From: a virus
Lineage: Duplodnaviria; Caudoviricetes
Virus record (IMG/VR): IMGVR_UViG_3300021560_001198
Span: 1 to 28,116 of that record
Length of the DNA stretch: 28,116 nucleotides
Strand: one strand, 5' to 3'
Numbering within the stretch: the stretch's first letter is position 1; the number at the start of each line of letters is the position of its first letter. Below the pieces are notes generated by a model that was given only the letters and a program-made list of their open reading frames with translations, was not told the origin of the DNA and did not search any database. Shown here in pieces: positions 1 through 8,805 of the stretch. A program made the translations under genes and the position numbers.

Positions 1-1195
1 GGTTCGGGACTGGAAACAGAGTATGGAGTGGGCCGAGCTGGTGGTACTCACCGGCAACGCCAACTACATGGATGACCTCACGGAGTACTTCGGAAAGGGT
101 TATCCGATATTTGGCTGCAACCCGAAAGGGGCAGAGCTGGAATGCGATCGGGAACTCGGGCAGAAGGTTCTGGAGGAGGCAGGAATAAAAACGCTGCCCT
201 ACCTCGTGGTTTCGTCGGCGGAAGAAGCCCTCAAGCAAATCATTAAAACGGGCTCTGCCTACGCTATGAAACCATGGGGAGGTGCAGCGGACAAGGCTAT
301 GACCTATGTGGGGAGGAGCGCCGACGACTCGATCTTCACCGTTAAGAGGTGGCAGAAGGATGGGAAGTTTAGAGGGAAGCTGATGATGCAGGAGAAGATC
401 GATGGGGTAGAGGTGGGGATCTCGGGGATGTTCGGGCCGGGAGGATGGTGTGAGTGTTTTGAAGAGAGCTTTGAGTATAAGAAATTCCTGGTGGGGGACC
501 TGGGTGAAAACACGGGAGAGATGGGGACGGTCATCCGGCATGTCTATCACAGTAAGCTGTTCGATGAAATCCTTGATCCGCTGGGTGATTATCTCCACAG
601 CATTAATTACGTGGGAGACTGCTCGGTCAACTGCATTGTTGACGCGCGCGGCAGGCCCTGGCCACTCGAGTTCACGATGCGTCTCGGATGGCCGGACTTT
701 TGTATCAGGCAACCGACCCTGCTATCCTCCGATCCCGTGCAATGGATGGCGGACCTGCTCGCCGGCAAGGACACCTTTCACAATTCCTCGGATATCTCTG
801 TAGGAGTCTGCCTCGTACATGGGGATTTTCCGAGGGGAGGGGATAGTCGGGCGAAGGATCCGCTGGGGACGTGGGATGGGTATCCGATCTATGGGGTAAC
901 GGCGAGGAATGAGGATGCGATTCACTGGCAGAAGGCGAAGCTCGGTCGCGTGCCACGCCTGGTTGATGGTGAGATTGAAGAGCAGATCATGGTGTGTACC
1001 GCGGGTAACTTTCCTTGCGTCATCACCGGCACGGGGGAGACGGTGCGGGCGGCAGCGGAGGCGGCCTATCGGGTGGTGCATCAGCTCAAGCTACCTTCCA
1101 ACCTTATGTTTAGGACGGACATTGGAGATGCATTGAAAGAGGAGCTTCCGATGCTGCAGAAGCATGGCTTCTGTCGAGGTATGAGATATGGGTAG
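1..1195 (+). CDS. PurD (GAR synthetase)-like ATP-grasp amide ligase, 5'-truncated by window edge
   Basis: Frame is open upstream of the ATG at 23. ATP-grasp/PurD-like motifs: IFGCNPKGAELECDR, KPWG, QEKIDGVE, EYKKFLVGDLGENTGEMG (PurD GPNTGGMG), EFTMRLGWPD (PurD EFNxRFGDPE), C-terminal FRTDIG. Confidence 0.8.
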   Translation, partial: VRDWKQSMEWAELVVLTGNANYMDDLTEYFGKGYPIFGCNPKGAELECDRELGQKVLEEAGIKTLPYLVVSSAEEALKQIIKTGSAYAMKPWGGAADKAMTYVGRSADDSIFTVKRWQKDGKFRGKLMMQEKIDGVEVGISGMFGPGGWCECFEESFEYKKFLVGDLGENTGEMGTVIRHVYHSKLFDEILDPLGDYLHSINYVGDCSVNCIVDARGRPWPLEFTMRLGWPDFCIRQPTLLSSDPVQWMADLLAGKDTFHNSSDISVGVCLVHGDFPRGGDSRAKDPLGTWDGYPIYGVTARNEDAIHWQKAKLGRVPRLVDGEIEEQIMVCTAGNFPCVITGTGETVRAAAEAAYRVVHQLKLPSNLMFRTDIGDALKEELPMLQKHGFCRGMRYG

Positions 1196-1520
1196 CCCGC
1201 CGAGTCGAGGGCCGGAGGACTACTTCAATCCAGGGGATTGGAACCTCTATTGCTCGATATGCGGGTCGAAGATGAAGATGAGTGGGGCGGTGCGGAACTG
1301 GCAGGGCCAGTGGCGCCACACCTGGTGCAATGAGGAGAGACCTCCACAGGACTTCGTCCACTCGATTAACTCCAGGGAGATGGTGATCCCGGTCGCCCAG
1401 AAGATGGGGGAGGCCGACGTACAGATTTGCACCTTCAACGGGCTTTCCGCGATACCGGGGTATGCCCTGCCGGGATGTTCGATACCGGGCAGGACGCTGA
1501 TAACCCCACCATTTCCGTAG
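1188..1520 (+). CDS. Small putative Zn-binding phage protein
   Basis: 110 aa; GDWNLYCSICG...WRHTWCNEERPPQDF (CxxC + HxxC); overlaps the upstream stop. Confidence 0.65.
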   Translation: MGSPPSRGPEDYFNPGDWNLYCSICGSKMKMSGAVRNWQGQWRHTWCNEERPPQDFVHSINSREMVIPVAQKMGEADVQICTFNGLSAIPGYALPGCSIPGRTLITPPFP

Positions 1521-1529
1521 GAGATAAGA

Positions 1530-3191
1530 ATGGCGTTGCAGAATTTTGTGGATAACGTAGGCCCGCCGATTCACGCGGCGTGGCTGAACCAGCTGGATGT
1601 GCTGGCGAACACGGTGTTTGGCGGGGCGCAGACGAATCCTGCCGCCCGTACCGCGCTCTTTTTGGATGCTCCGCTGGAGATCACGAATGGAGGGACGGCG
1701 GCGAGGGACCCGGTTACGGCACTCTCGAACCTGGGTGGGTTCCCCACTTCCTCCTTCACTCAGTCGAACATTGGGCTAGCGTTCTGGCCGACAGTCGCCG
1801 GCGAGGTAGGGGTTGTAAATAACTATTACCCCTATTATGATATCAGGCGGTATGGCGGGGATCCGACGGGAGCGGCGGCGAGTGATACGGCGCTGGCGAA
1901 TGTTATCACTTTCTGCGGGACGAATGGGGGGACGATCAGGTTCCCGAATGGCAAATACACCTTCGCGAATCAATTGAACCTGAACCTCAAGCGGTTCTTG
2001 ATCTTCCAGGGAGATGGGGGGAGTGGCGGTGGAGCGCAGTCTGGAACTCAGCTCGTCTACACCGGGACGGCCTCCCCCTGGATTACGACAGCGGGGGCGA
2101 ACAATATAATCTGGCGGGACATGTACCTGACCCACACGAATGCAGGGTTTCCGACGACGGGGCAGTACATTCAGGGAGGGAATACAAGTGGGGCGGACTG
2201 CTCGTTCTGCGGAGTGTACAACTGCACGATGGGAGCGGCCCTGCCGGCGACCCACCTCAACTTGGATAAGTGCATCCAGTTCACCGCCGACAACGTTAAT
2301 TTCCTGAACGGCAACCCGAGTGTGATCGGGCAGGCGACCGGCGGCGCGAGCTACGCGAATGTCTGCCTCTTTAAGATATGCCAATGGACGGGCAGCTCTA
2401 TCGTCGCGCCGGCGGGCGGGATGATCCAGAACGGAGGGACGAACTGGATCTTCCTCGGCTGCACGTTGGAGGGGATTGGGACGAGCCTGGCGACTGCCGC
2501 CGCCTCCGGCTTCTACAGCCCGAGCGGCACCCAGTGGCTGGGGCTGGTAGTGAAGGGATGCTGGCTGGGGGATGTGGGAGCGAGTGCGGCGGCGAGCACA
2601 TGGTTCAACATCTACGGTCAGACAATCGATATCTCTAACAACTACATCTCAGGGAATGGAGCAGCAGGAACTACGACTGGATCGACGTTCGGCCAGGTTA
2701 ATGGGATGACGATTCAGAACAACATCTTTATTGGCCTGCTGAATGGGATAAACTTCGCCGCCGGCACCTCCGGGCAGATTACCGTACTCAACAACGTCTA
2801 CGTGAGCAGCGGGATAGGGAATGCGTGGCTGGGCACGGCGGCGCATGTCGGCCTGGGGCAGATGACGATCGGCGCGAACTTCGGCTTCGGCGTACCGCCA
2901 GGTCATGGAGTGATCGCTACGAACAATAGCTTCCGGGTGAATGGGGATAACACGATAGAGATGATGGGGAACGCATCCGTGACGGCTGGGACACCGGTGA
3001 CGATCAGCTTCAGCACGGTGCTAGGGCAGGCCGTGCCGAATAGTACGCTGGTAGGTTACGGCTGCACCCTCGTCACTCCAGGCGTAGCGACCAATACCGC
3101 CTACATCACAGCGCCCAGCGCGACCAGCATCACCTTGAATGTGAATGGGACTGGAGCGAATACCGTCCAATGGCGAGCAGTTGTCTACTGA
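1530..3191 (+). CDS. Tailspike/tail fibre with pectate-lyase-like beta-helix (putative depolymerase)
   Basis: 553 aa; AGGAG RBS; YDIRRYGGDPTGAAASDTAL...GGTIRFPNGKY is the typical beta-helix entry motif; G/N/T-rich repeats such as ISNNYISGN and IQNNIFIG. Confidence 0.8.
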   Translation: MALQNFVDNVGPPIHAAWLNQLDVLANTVFGGAQTNPAARTALFLDAPLEITNGGTAARDPVTALSNLGGFPTSSFTQSNIGLAFWPTVAGEVGVVNNYYPYYDIRRYGGDPTGAAASDTALANVITFCGTNGGTIRFPNGKYTFANQLNLNLKRFLIFQGDGGSGGGAQSGTQLVYTGTASPWITTAGANNIIWRDMYLTHTNAGFPTTGQYIQGGNTSGADCSFCGVYNCTMGAALPATHLNLDKCIQFTADNVNFLNGNPSVIGQATGGASYANVCLFKICQWTGSSIVAPAGGMIQNGGTNWIFLGCTLEGIGTSLATAAASGFYSPSGTQWLGLVVKGCWLGDVGASAAASTWFNIYGQTIDISNNYISGNGAAGTTTGSTFGQVNGMTIQNNIFIGLLNGINFAAGTSGQITVLNNVYVSSGIGNAWLGTAAHVGLGQMTIGANFGFGVPPGHGVIATNNSFRVNGDNTIEMMGNASVTAGTPVTISFSTVLGQAVPNSTLVGYGCTLVTPGVATNTAYITAPSATSITLNVNGTGANTVQWRAVVY

Positions 3192-3202
3192 TAGGAGAAC
3201 CG

Positions 3203-3334
3203 ATGAATATGTTGACTATCATCACCCACCTCGTTGCGATCCTGATCGGGTTCGTAGCGGGGTGGCTGGGGAAGACTAAGTTCGGGCCGACGGTTCAGAA
3301 GATCGAGACCGACATCCGTGCACCGAAGTCGTGA
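3203..3334 (+). CDS. 43-aa single-TM membrane peptide (lysis region; not in ORF track)
   Basis: MNMLTIITHLVAILIGFVAGWLGKTKFGPTVQKIETDIRAPKS; AGGAGA RBS at 3193-3198; GTGA overlap with the next ORF. Confidence 0.7.
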   Translation: MNMLTIITHLVAILIGFVAGWLGKTKFGPTVQKIETDIRAPKS

Positions 3335-3678
3335 AAGAGCAGGGCGACACCGCGGTACTGCGGCGCATAGCGCCTGGTTTAGCCTGGGTACCGCGAACCC
3401 TCCGCACCCTCACGCCGGCGGCGGCGTGGGGAGCTGCGGGGAGTATGCTCCTCGCTAGTGGAGGGATGTGGCATGCGATGATTGAGGCGCACACGGAGGT
3501 GGGGGAGTTTAAGGAGGCCATCCATCAGCTCCAGGCGGATAAGAAGGAGGTGATCGATCGGCTGGCGAGGATCGAACAGGCCACCCAGGATCTCAAGGAG
3601 GAGGAGAATAGGCAGAGAGAGTGGAGGGAGAGGGTTGAGTACTTTGCAGAGCGGCCAATTCAGAAGCGGAAGAGATGA
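3331..3678 (+). CDS. Hydrophobic segment + coiled-coil protein (holin/antiholin-like)
   Basis: 115 aa; hydrophobic AAAWGAAGSMLLASGG followed by a heptad coiled coil (DRLARIEQATQDLKEE); coupled by 4-bp overlaps at both ends. Confidence 0.55.
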   Translation: MKEQGDTAVLRRIAPGLAWVPRTLRTLTPAAAWGAAGSMLLASGGMWHAMIEAHTEVGEFKEAIHQLQADKKEVIDRLARIEQATQDLKEEENRQREWRERVEYFAERPIQKRKR

Positions 3679-3893
3679 TAGTCTGGGTAAAGGTCAGGCT
3701 GTCCACTCTATGGGCGGCGGTTAGAGCACTCAAAGAAGTGGCCGTATCGCGACACCAAGAGGCGAGATTGGAACCCGACCCGAAGCTGCAGGAGGAGAGA
3801 CGGGCGGAAGCGGATTACACGGCGGCGCAGGCACAGGAGCTGCGCATTGCTACACTGGGAGCGAAGAAGAATGGCGACGACAGACCTGGCTGA
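3675..3893 (+). CDS. Hypothetical 72-aa protein in lysis cluster
   Basis: ATGA overlap with the previous stop; fills the gap up to the endolysin. Confidence 0.5.
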   Translation: MIVWVKVRLSTLWAAVRALKEVAVSRHQEARLEPDPKLQEERRAEADYTAAQAQELRIATLGAKKNGDDRPG

Positions 3894-4314
3894 TGCGCTG
3901 ATCCGGGGGGAGGAAGGGATCTGCCTCACCTCCTATCGGGATACGGAGGGAAACTGGACGATCGGCTACGGGCATCTGCTGCCCTACAATTATGACTGGA
4001 GTGGGCATACGATTTCGGAGATGGAGGCGGAGGTGCTGCTGCAGGAGGACATCCGAAAGGCCATTGTGATTGCCTCCAACTTCTCGAACTTCGACACGAT
4101 GGATGATGTGAGGCAGGCGGTACTGGTGAGTATGTGTTTTCAGATGGGGAAGAAGCCGCTGGGCTGGCCGCTGTTTCGGAGTGCGGTGCAGGCGGGGAAC
4201 TGGGATCTGGCGGCACAAGCCGGGCTGGATACGGATTGGCACCGGCAGACGCCGGCGAGGTGCGAACGGGAGATGGTTATGCTGAGAACGGGTCAGTGGG
4301 CGGAGAGCGCATGA
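3871..4314 (+). CDS. Endolysin, T4-lysozyme-like (GH24) muramidase
   Basis: EEGICLTSYRDTEGNWTIGYGH carries the E-x8-D-x5-T catalytic triad; RQAVLVSMCFQMG; WHRQTPARC. Start moved to the ATG at 3871. Confidence 0.92.
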   Translation: MATTDLADALIRGEEGICLTSYRDTEGNWTIGYGHLLPYNYDWSGHTISEMEAEVLLQEDIRKAIVIASNFSNFDTMDDVRQAVLVSMCFQMGKKPLGWPLFRSAVQAGNWDLAAQAGLDTDWHRQTPARCEREMVMLRTGQWAESA

Positions 4315-4733
4315 AGAAATGGTGCAAGGGGGTTTGCGATACTATTAGGAATAATATTATTGCGATCTGTAGTTCGATCGGTATTCTCGTTCTCTCCCTG
4401 GATTTGACGGGTCTGGCGGAACAGTTGAGGACACTCGGGTTCACCTATCTGAGTCCGGAGGGGCAGAAGAAGCTCGGGCTGGTGCTGTTCGGCATCAGTG
4501 GGGTGAGGGCGGCAGTGTTTACTTGGAAGATGAGGAGACAGCGGGATGATGACAATAGGCCAGTGGGTGGCGCTGATTCGGGATGGAGTGATACTAGCCC
4601 TACTCGTATCGGTCCTGGTCCTCGTGTACCGGGCGGGAGCGAACCACAACCTCCAGCAACAGGTGCAGGCACTGCAGAAACAGCTGGAGAACAACTCCCG
4701 CCAGGAGGCACAGTGGGCGGAGGAAGTCCGTGA
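4311..4733 (+). CDS. Putative 2-TM holin with long G/P-rich C-terminal tail
   Basis: ATGA overlap with the endolysin stop; two hydrophobic segments (IIAICSSIGILVLSL; LGLVLFGISGVRAAVFTW) followed by basic KMRRQR. Confidence 0.6.
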   Translation: MKKWCKGVCDTIRNNIIAICSSIGILVLSLDLTGLAEQLRTLGFTYLSPEGQKKLGLVLFGISGVRAAVFTWKMRRQRDDDNRPVGGADSGWSDTSPTRIGPGPRVPGGSEPQPPATGAGTAETAGEQLPPGGTVGGGSP

Positions 4734-5016
4734 TGCACAAGCACAACGGGTGGCAGACATGGCTCAGATTGGGGCGGCTATTGCCGCTCACTCTGCTCCT
4801 ATCGTCGTGTATCGTCCGGCAGGTGGCGGCACCGTGCCCCGCCCTTCCCCCGCCGCCGGTGATCGTCCTGCCGAAGGTGGGGGACCTGACGCGGGATCTA
4901 GAGTTGACGTTAGACCCGGAATCTCAGCCTTCGAATCCAAATACGAAGAAGAATTTGCAGGATGCCGGGAACTAGAGGCGTGGGCTAGGGCGGTCGCCGG
5001 CGCGCCGCAGCATTAG
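4546..5016 (+). CDS. i-spanin (Rz-like)
   Basis: N-terminal TM (GVILALLVSVLVLVY), coiled coil, Pro/Gly linker and a C-terminal Cys; lies downstream of the endolysin and contains an embedded lipoprotein ORF. Confidence 0.8.
   Translation: MMTIGQWVALIRDGVILALLVSVLVLVYRAGANHNLQQQVQALQKQLENNSRQEAQWAEEVRDAQAQRVADMAQIGAAIAAHSAPIVVYRPAGGGTVPRPSPAAGDRPAEGGGPDAGSRVDVRPGISAFESKYEEEFAGCRELEAWARAVAGAPQH
4733..4975 (+). CDS. o-spanin (Rz1-like lipoprotein) embedded in the i-spanin
   Basis: +1 frame inside the Rz-like gene; lipobox LLLSSC; Pro-rich mature part (PCPALPPPP); GGAGG RBS upstream. Confidence 0.8.
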   Translation: MHKHNGWQTWLRLGRLLPLTLLLSSCIVRQVAAPCPALPPPPVIVLPKVGDLTRDLELTLDPESQPSNPNTKKNLQDAGN

Positions 5017-5021
5017 TTTCG

Positions 5022-5052
5022 GGCGCCCGTTATTACGATCATAATTGGCGCC
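5022..5052. promoter_or_regulatory. 31-bp palindromic site, copy 1 (may also act as a hairpin between convergent units)
   Basis: GGCGCC-CG-TTAT-TACGATC-ATAA-TT-GGCGCC occupies the 40-bp gap between convergent stop codons. Confidence 0.65.
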
Positions 5053-5056
5053 CGTT

Positions 5057-6274
5057 TCATTTCTTCGCCGCCAGCGTATAGCCCCCCTCCGTCACAGGGG
5101 TGATGGTGATGTAGCCGGCCTTGGCTGCGCCGGTGACGATATCCTCGAAGTTCCGGGCGGATGGGAACGCTGTGTGGATGAACTGGTAGGCGTCGGCGTA
5201 CGAGCAGCTCCCTCTCTTCTGCACAAAGCGGATGAATCGCTCGGCCTGGACCGAGGTGGCGGTACGGCCGATTCGGGAGAAGACCTTGGTCATGTCCTTC
5301 TCCAGATTCGAGACCATTTCATTCCCCGTTCGGAGGTCCTCCGCCGTGATGATTATCTCATCCCTTCGAGAGGCAGCGATGCACATAGCTGTCTTGTGGA
5401 TGTGGGTCTGCTTGCGGGCGAGGTAGCCGCTAAAGCGGTCGTCATCTAGCTCATCCGGCTTCGACTTCCAATGCGTATCATACCACTCCCTCCCATATTC
5501 AATGGTCTCCTTCAGCATGGCGTATGGCCCCATCAGGCGGGTTGCGATCCGTTCGAGGTCCTGCACGAGCGCTGCTTGAACCTCTCCCATCTCCTTGGGC
5601 ATATGTAAGGCGGGATACGCGATGTACTTTTCCTTCTCCTCAGCGTACACAAAAAGACACCGAGAAGTAAACCCTCCTCCAATGACATACTCGGGGAAGT
5701 TCCCAGCGATCCACGCAGGCGTCGTGCACGCGATAAGATTGATAAAAGGGTTTTGCACATTGTTAACTCCGCTGCCCTTCGTGATCTTCTGGAACGCACC
5801 GACCTTCGAGTCCCAGAGGGAGACGAGGAAGTCGATCTGTTCCCGGTTGGAAGGGTCGATGAGGTTGCCGAGTTCTGCCGCCTCGATGGTGAGGGCGGAC
5901 TGGATGTGGTGCTGGTCACCGATCTGGAAGGCCTCGGTGCTCTGTTCAAACTCCCCCAAGAGGGCTTGCCAGGTTACGGCTTCCGGGCCGAAGCGTACGT
6001 CGGGGACCTTGCGGAGGAGTTGCATGGCGATGTTGGCGGTGGTGGACTTAGAGACGACGCCGGGGGGAGCTACGAGCATGATGTAGAAGTTGGGGAACCA
6101 GCGGAAGTAGCCCATGTCGAGCCAGACGTGGCGTCGAAGGGCGCCGGCGATCGCGCTGATCCCCGACCAGTAGTGCATGCGGGCGGGCGCCTCCGAGAAC
6201 CCCGCATACTGGACGTAGGCGTCCAGCCAGTCGGTGAAGTTACGTTCGCCGGCGACCCCGTTCCCCGCTGCCAT
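5057..6274 (-). CDS. DUF3987-like P-loop protein (putative replicative helicase)
   Basis: Variant Walker A LVAPPGVVSKST; SEAP...W...SAIAGAL; IGGGFTSRCLFVY; TGATG-coupled to the polymerase stop. Confidence 0.7.
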   Translation of the reverse strand: MAAGNGVAGERNFTDWLDAYVQYAGFSEAPARMHYWSGISAIAGALRRHVWLDMGYFRWFPNFYIMLVAPPGVVSKSTTANIAMQLLRKVPDVRFGPEAVTWQALLGEFEQSTEAFQIGDQHHIQSALTIEAAELGNLIDPSNREQIDFLVSLWDSKVGAFQKITKGSGVNNVQNPFINLIACTTPAWIAGNFPEYVIGGGFTSRCLFVYAEEKEKYIAYPALHMPKEMGEVQAALVQDLERIATRLMGPYAMLKETIEYGREWYDTHWKSKPDELDDDRFSGYLARKQTHIHKTAMCIAASRRDEIIITAEDLRTGNEMVSNLEKDMTKVFSRIGRTATSVQAERFIRFVQKRGSCSYADAYQFIHTAFPSARNFEDIVTGAAKAGYITITPVTEGGYTLAAKK

Positions 6275-8805
6275 CAGCACGCCCCCCAGCTCTTCTCGCT
6301 CGTCTTGATAGAGACGGGGATGACGAGAGGGTTCGGGTAGGGGACAACCACGCGAGACAGCTCCCTGATGCGGGGTAGAAGGTGAGTGCTATCTGCCGTC
6401 CGGAACTGTCCGGCAAGGGAATCGTGAACCTGTAACAGGACTTGGACTTCCGGTATCTCCCGATAAATGCGTTCCCAGATCCGATTGATAACGATGGAAA
6501 CAGTGGATTGGGGGATCCATGCGATCGCTTCCGGGATGATGCTTTCGACCCGGTCGAAGATTTGCCAACGGTAGCCAAATTTGTTCTCCACTCGGTGGTG
6601 GGTGAGGACCTGTTCCTTCACCCGATCGTGCCACTTCTTAATGCCAGGGTGAGCCTCGAACCAGATAGCCTGCGCCCTCTCTATCTCCCGGATGGTTCGA
6701 CCGGTACCAGCTGCCATTGTTGGAGCACCCCCACCGTAGTTGGTACCATGACAAAACGTCTTGGCGAACTCCCTAACTCCCTTAAGTGCACCTCGATGTG
6801 ACTTGTACGGACCATCCTCTCTCTCCACCAGTTCTTCGAGGTGAGGTGGAGTTCGGCCCTCCAGAACGAATGCGTTGAGAAGGTGAATATCAACGCCGAG
6901 GTGCATAGCGGAAATGAGCTGCTCGTCATCTGCCTCGTAGGCAACCACGAACAGGTCGGCTCTCTGCAGGTCCAGATCGAACCAAGTGTGGAGTGGGTCA
7001 GGGATAAAGATTTCCCGTATGTTGGGAAACTCATAGGGGTCGCCGATCCCCGCCCCCAAGGCTGCGCGGGCACGGGCCTTGTTAACGGAGCGAGAGTGTT
7101 CGCTTGGGATTGTCTGGAGGTTGGTGCCCGATCCGAAGGCGTTTTCCGAGCTGGACATTCGGTAGGTGACGGGGGCGGACTTGCCGCCGGCAGACCCGCC
7201 GATGTTGAAAGCGCAGCGCATCCGCCCATCTATATCCAGGCTGCGGGTTAGGAAGTTGGAGAGGAACTTTTCGAGGGTGCGGATGTCCGCTATCGCATTA
7301 ACGAGAGGGCGCATGAGGGGTTCAAGCCGAGCGAGCTTCATGAGTGCGTCATCATCCAGGGTAGGCTTCATGGGCTCGCCCGGCTTGCCCCTCTTCTTCT
7401 GAACCGGCAGGCCGAAATCGGTGTAGAAGAGAGCGTGCATCTGCTTCGAACTGCCCGGGTTGAGAGGGTGGCCGAGGATGTGCTGGATGAAAGCATGGCG
7501 GCGCGCAATCTCTTCCTGCACCTCCAGTATCATCTGCCCCCGACGTTCGACATCTACTCTAACTCCAATTTGCATCGCTTGCAAGACAGGCCAGAACATG
7601 GCTTGCTGGAACTGGTGGACAGTGTCCAGCTCCATCGTTTGGACTGCACCCTTCTCCACCTGCCCCACCTCATCGGTGTAGATGCAGTCGAGGCAATTGT
7701 AGTGCCAGAGCTCTTCCTCCCTCATATTCTTCTCCCAGTCCTTCCCCTCGTCCTTCCAGAACACGTAGTGCTCGCAATACATGCTCGCTTGGAAGGCGAG
7801 GGACTTGGGGAGGTCGGCGTAGAGGGTGTGCTGGCTAATCATCGTGTCCTGCTCGACGCGAGGGACGAAATGCCACCAGCGGTAGGTGTACTGGGAGTCG
7901 TAGAGAATGTTCTGCCCTACCACCCTAACGTTTGGGTGGGTGAGAACTCGGTGTAAGAGGCCAACGATGTGGGTCTCTTCGTCCAGGTCCCAATAGCCCT
8001 CCCTTCGCTCCCGACACATGAAAGGGATGCACAATGCATGCGAATAGTCCCAACTGATTCCTGCGCATGCAATATGCCCTGCACGAGTTTCAATGTCGAA
8101 GCTAAGTCGACATAGGCCAGAGTCGGCTCGAGCGAGTAGCTGGCCGAGGGTATGAGTAACCTGAGGGAAACTAGGTCGGATGAGGAAGTGGAGTTCGCGG
8201 GCCGGATAATCCACTCCATCCGCATAGCGTCCGGCTCTGCGAAGGTCTGCAACTCCAATAGCTCTCCAATCCCACTGGCGGAGAATTGCTGCTGGATGGT
8301 AGGTGGGGATGAGGCGGATGCCAGACTCGGTGCGGAGCATTGAGCCACGCCACTTGGTGATGCCGGTCTTGCCGGTGAGTGCCCAAAGCGGCGTATTGCC
8401 GAAAGTAATGATGAGATTGGGTTGGACAAGGGATATCTCCTTCTGCAGCATGTCTCTGCCGGCGGCAACCCGTGGATCTACGAGCATGCCGCCGACCGGG
8501 ACGAAAGTGCGGGGCTCGATCCCTGCCGCCCGCCTCCACTCATCCTCCTTCGTCGGCTTGGAGGTGAAGCGGGTGGGGCGGCGGATCCAATACTTCATGT
8601 CGTTGCGAGGGGGGCGCTCTTTGCAGACGTTGGTCACGAAGCAGGTGTTGCGGGCAATCCCGACCTCCTGGAGCATGCGGTTCAGCTCAGCTCCCGAGGC
8701 GCCGACAAATGGCTCTCCCCGCTGCTCCTCCTCATAACCCGGCGCCTCTCCTACGAGCATGATCCGAGCGGAGGTGGGGCCGCTCGGTGGCACTTGGATG
8801 CCCAT
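6274..8805 (-). CDS. Family A DNA polymerase with N-terminal family-4-like uracil-DNA glycosylase domain and 3'-5' exonuclease
   Basis: UDG motifs VGEAPG, PFVGASG and YHPAAILR; Exo I/II/III motifs SFDIET, GQNILYD, YNCLD; Pol motifs A (DLQRADL), B (REFAKTFCHGTNYG) and C (QVHDSL). Confidence 0.93.
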   Translation of the reverse strand: MGIQVPPSGPTSARIMLVGEAPGYEEEQRGEPFVGASGAELNRMLQEVGIARNTCFVTNVCKERPPRNDMKYWIRRPTRFTSKPTKEDEWRRAAGIEPRTFVPVGGMLVDPRVAAGRDMLQKEISLVQPNLIITFGNTPLWALTGKTGITKWRGSMLRTESGIRLIPTYHPAAILRQWDWRAIGVADLRRAGRYADGVDYPARELHFLIRPSFPQVTHTLGQLLARADSGLCRLSFDIETRAGHIACAGISWDYSHALCIPFMCRERREGYWDLDEETHIVGLLHRVLTHPNVRVVGQNILYDSQYTYRWWHFVPRVEQDTMISQHTLYADLPKSLAFQASMYCEHYVFWKDEGKDWEKNMREEELWHYNCLDCIYTDEVGQVEKGAVQTMELDTVHQFQQAMFWPVLQAMQIGVRVDVERRGQMILEVQEEIARRHAFIQHILGHPLNPGSSKQMHALFYTDFGLPVQKKRGKPGEPMKPTLDDDALMKLARLEPLMRPLVNAIADIRTLEKFLSNFLTRSLDIDGRMRCAFNIGGSAGGKSAPVTYRMSSSENAFGSGTNLQTIPSEHSRSVNKARARAALGAGIGDPYEFPNIREIFIPDPLHTWFDLDLQRADLFVVAYEADDEQLISAMHLGVDIHLLNAFVLEGRTPPHLEELVEREDGPYKSHRGALKGVREFAKTFCHGTNYGGGAPTMAAGTGRTIREIERAQAIWFEAHPGIKKWHDRVKEQVLTHHRVENKFGYRWQIFDRVESIIPEAIAWIPQSTVSIVINRIWERIYREIPEVQVLLQVHDSLAGQFRTADSTHLLPRIRELSRVVVPYPNPLVIPVSIKTSEKSWGAC

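Noticed and set aside
1-8805. Z-genome (PurZ/DpoZ) system suggested by a purine-pathway-like enzyme plus an unusual PolA
   Set aside because: The enzyme is an ATP-grasp PurD-like protein, not the PurA-like fold of PurZ, and no DatZ/MazZ-like genes are recognisable in the window.
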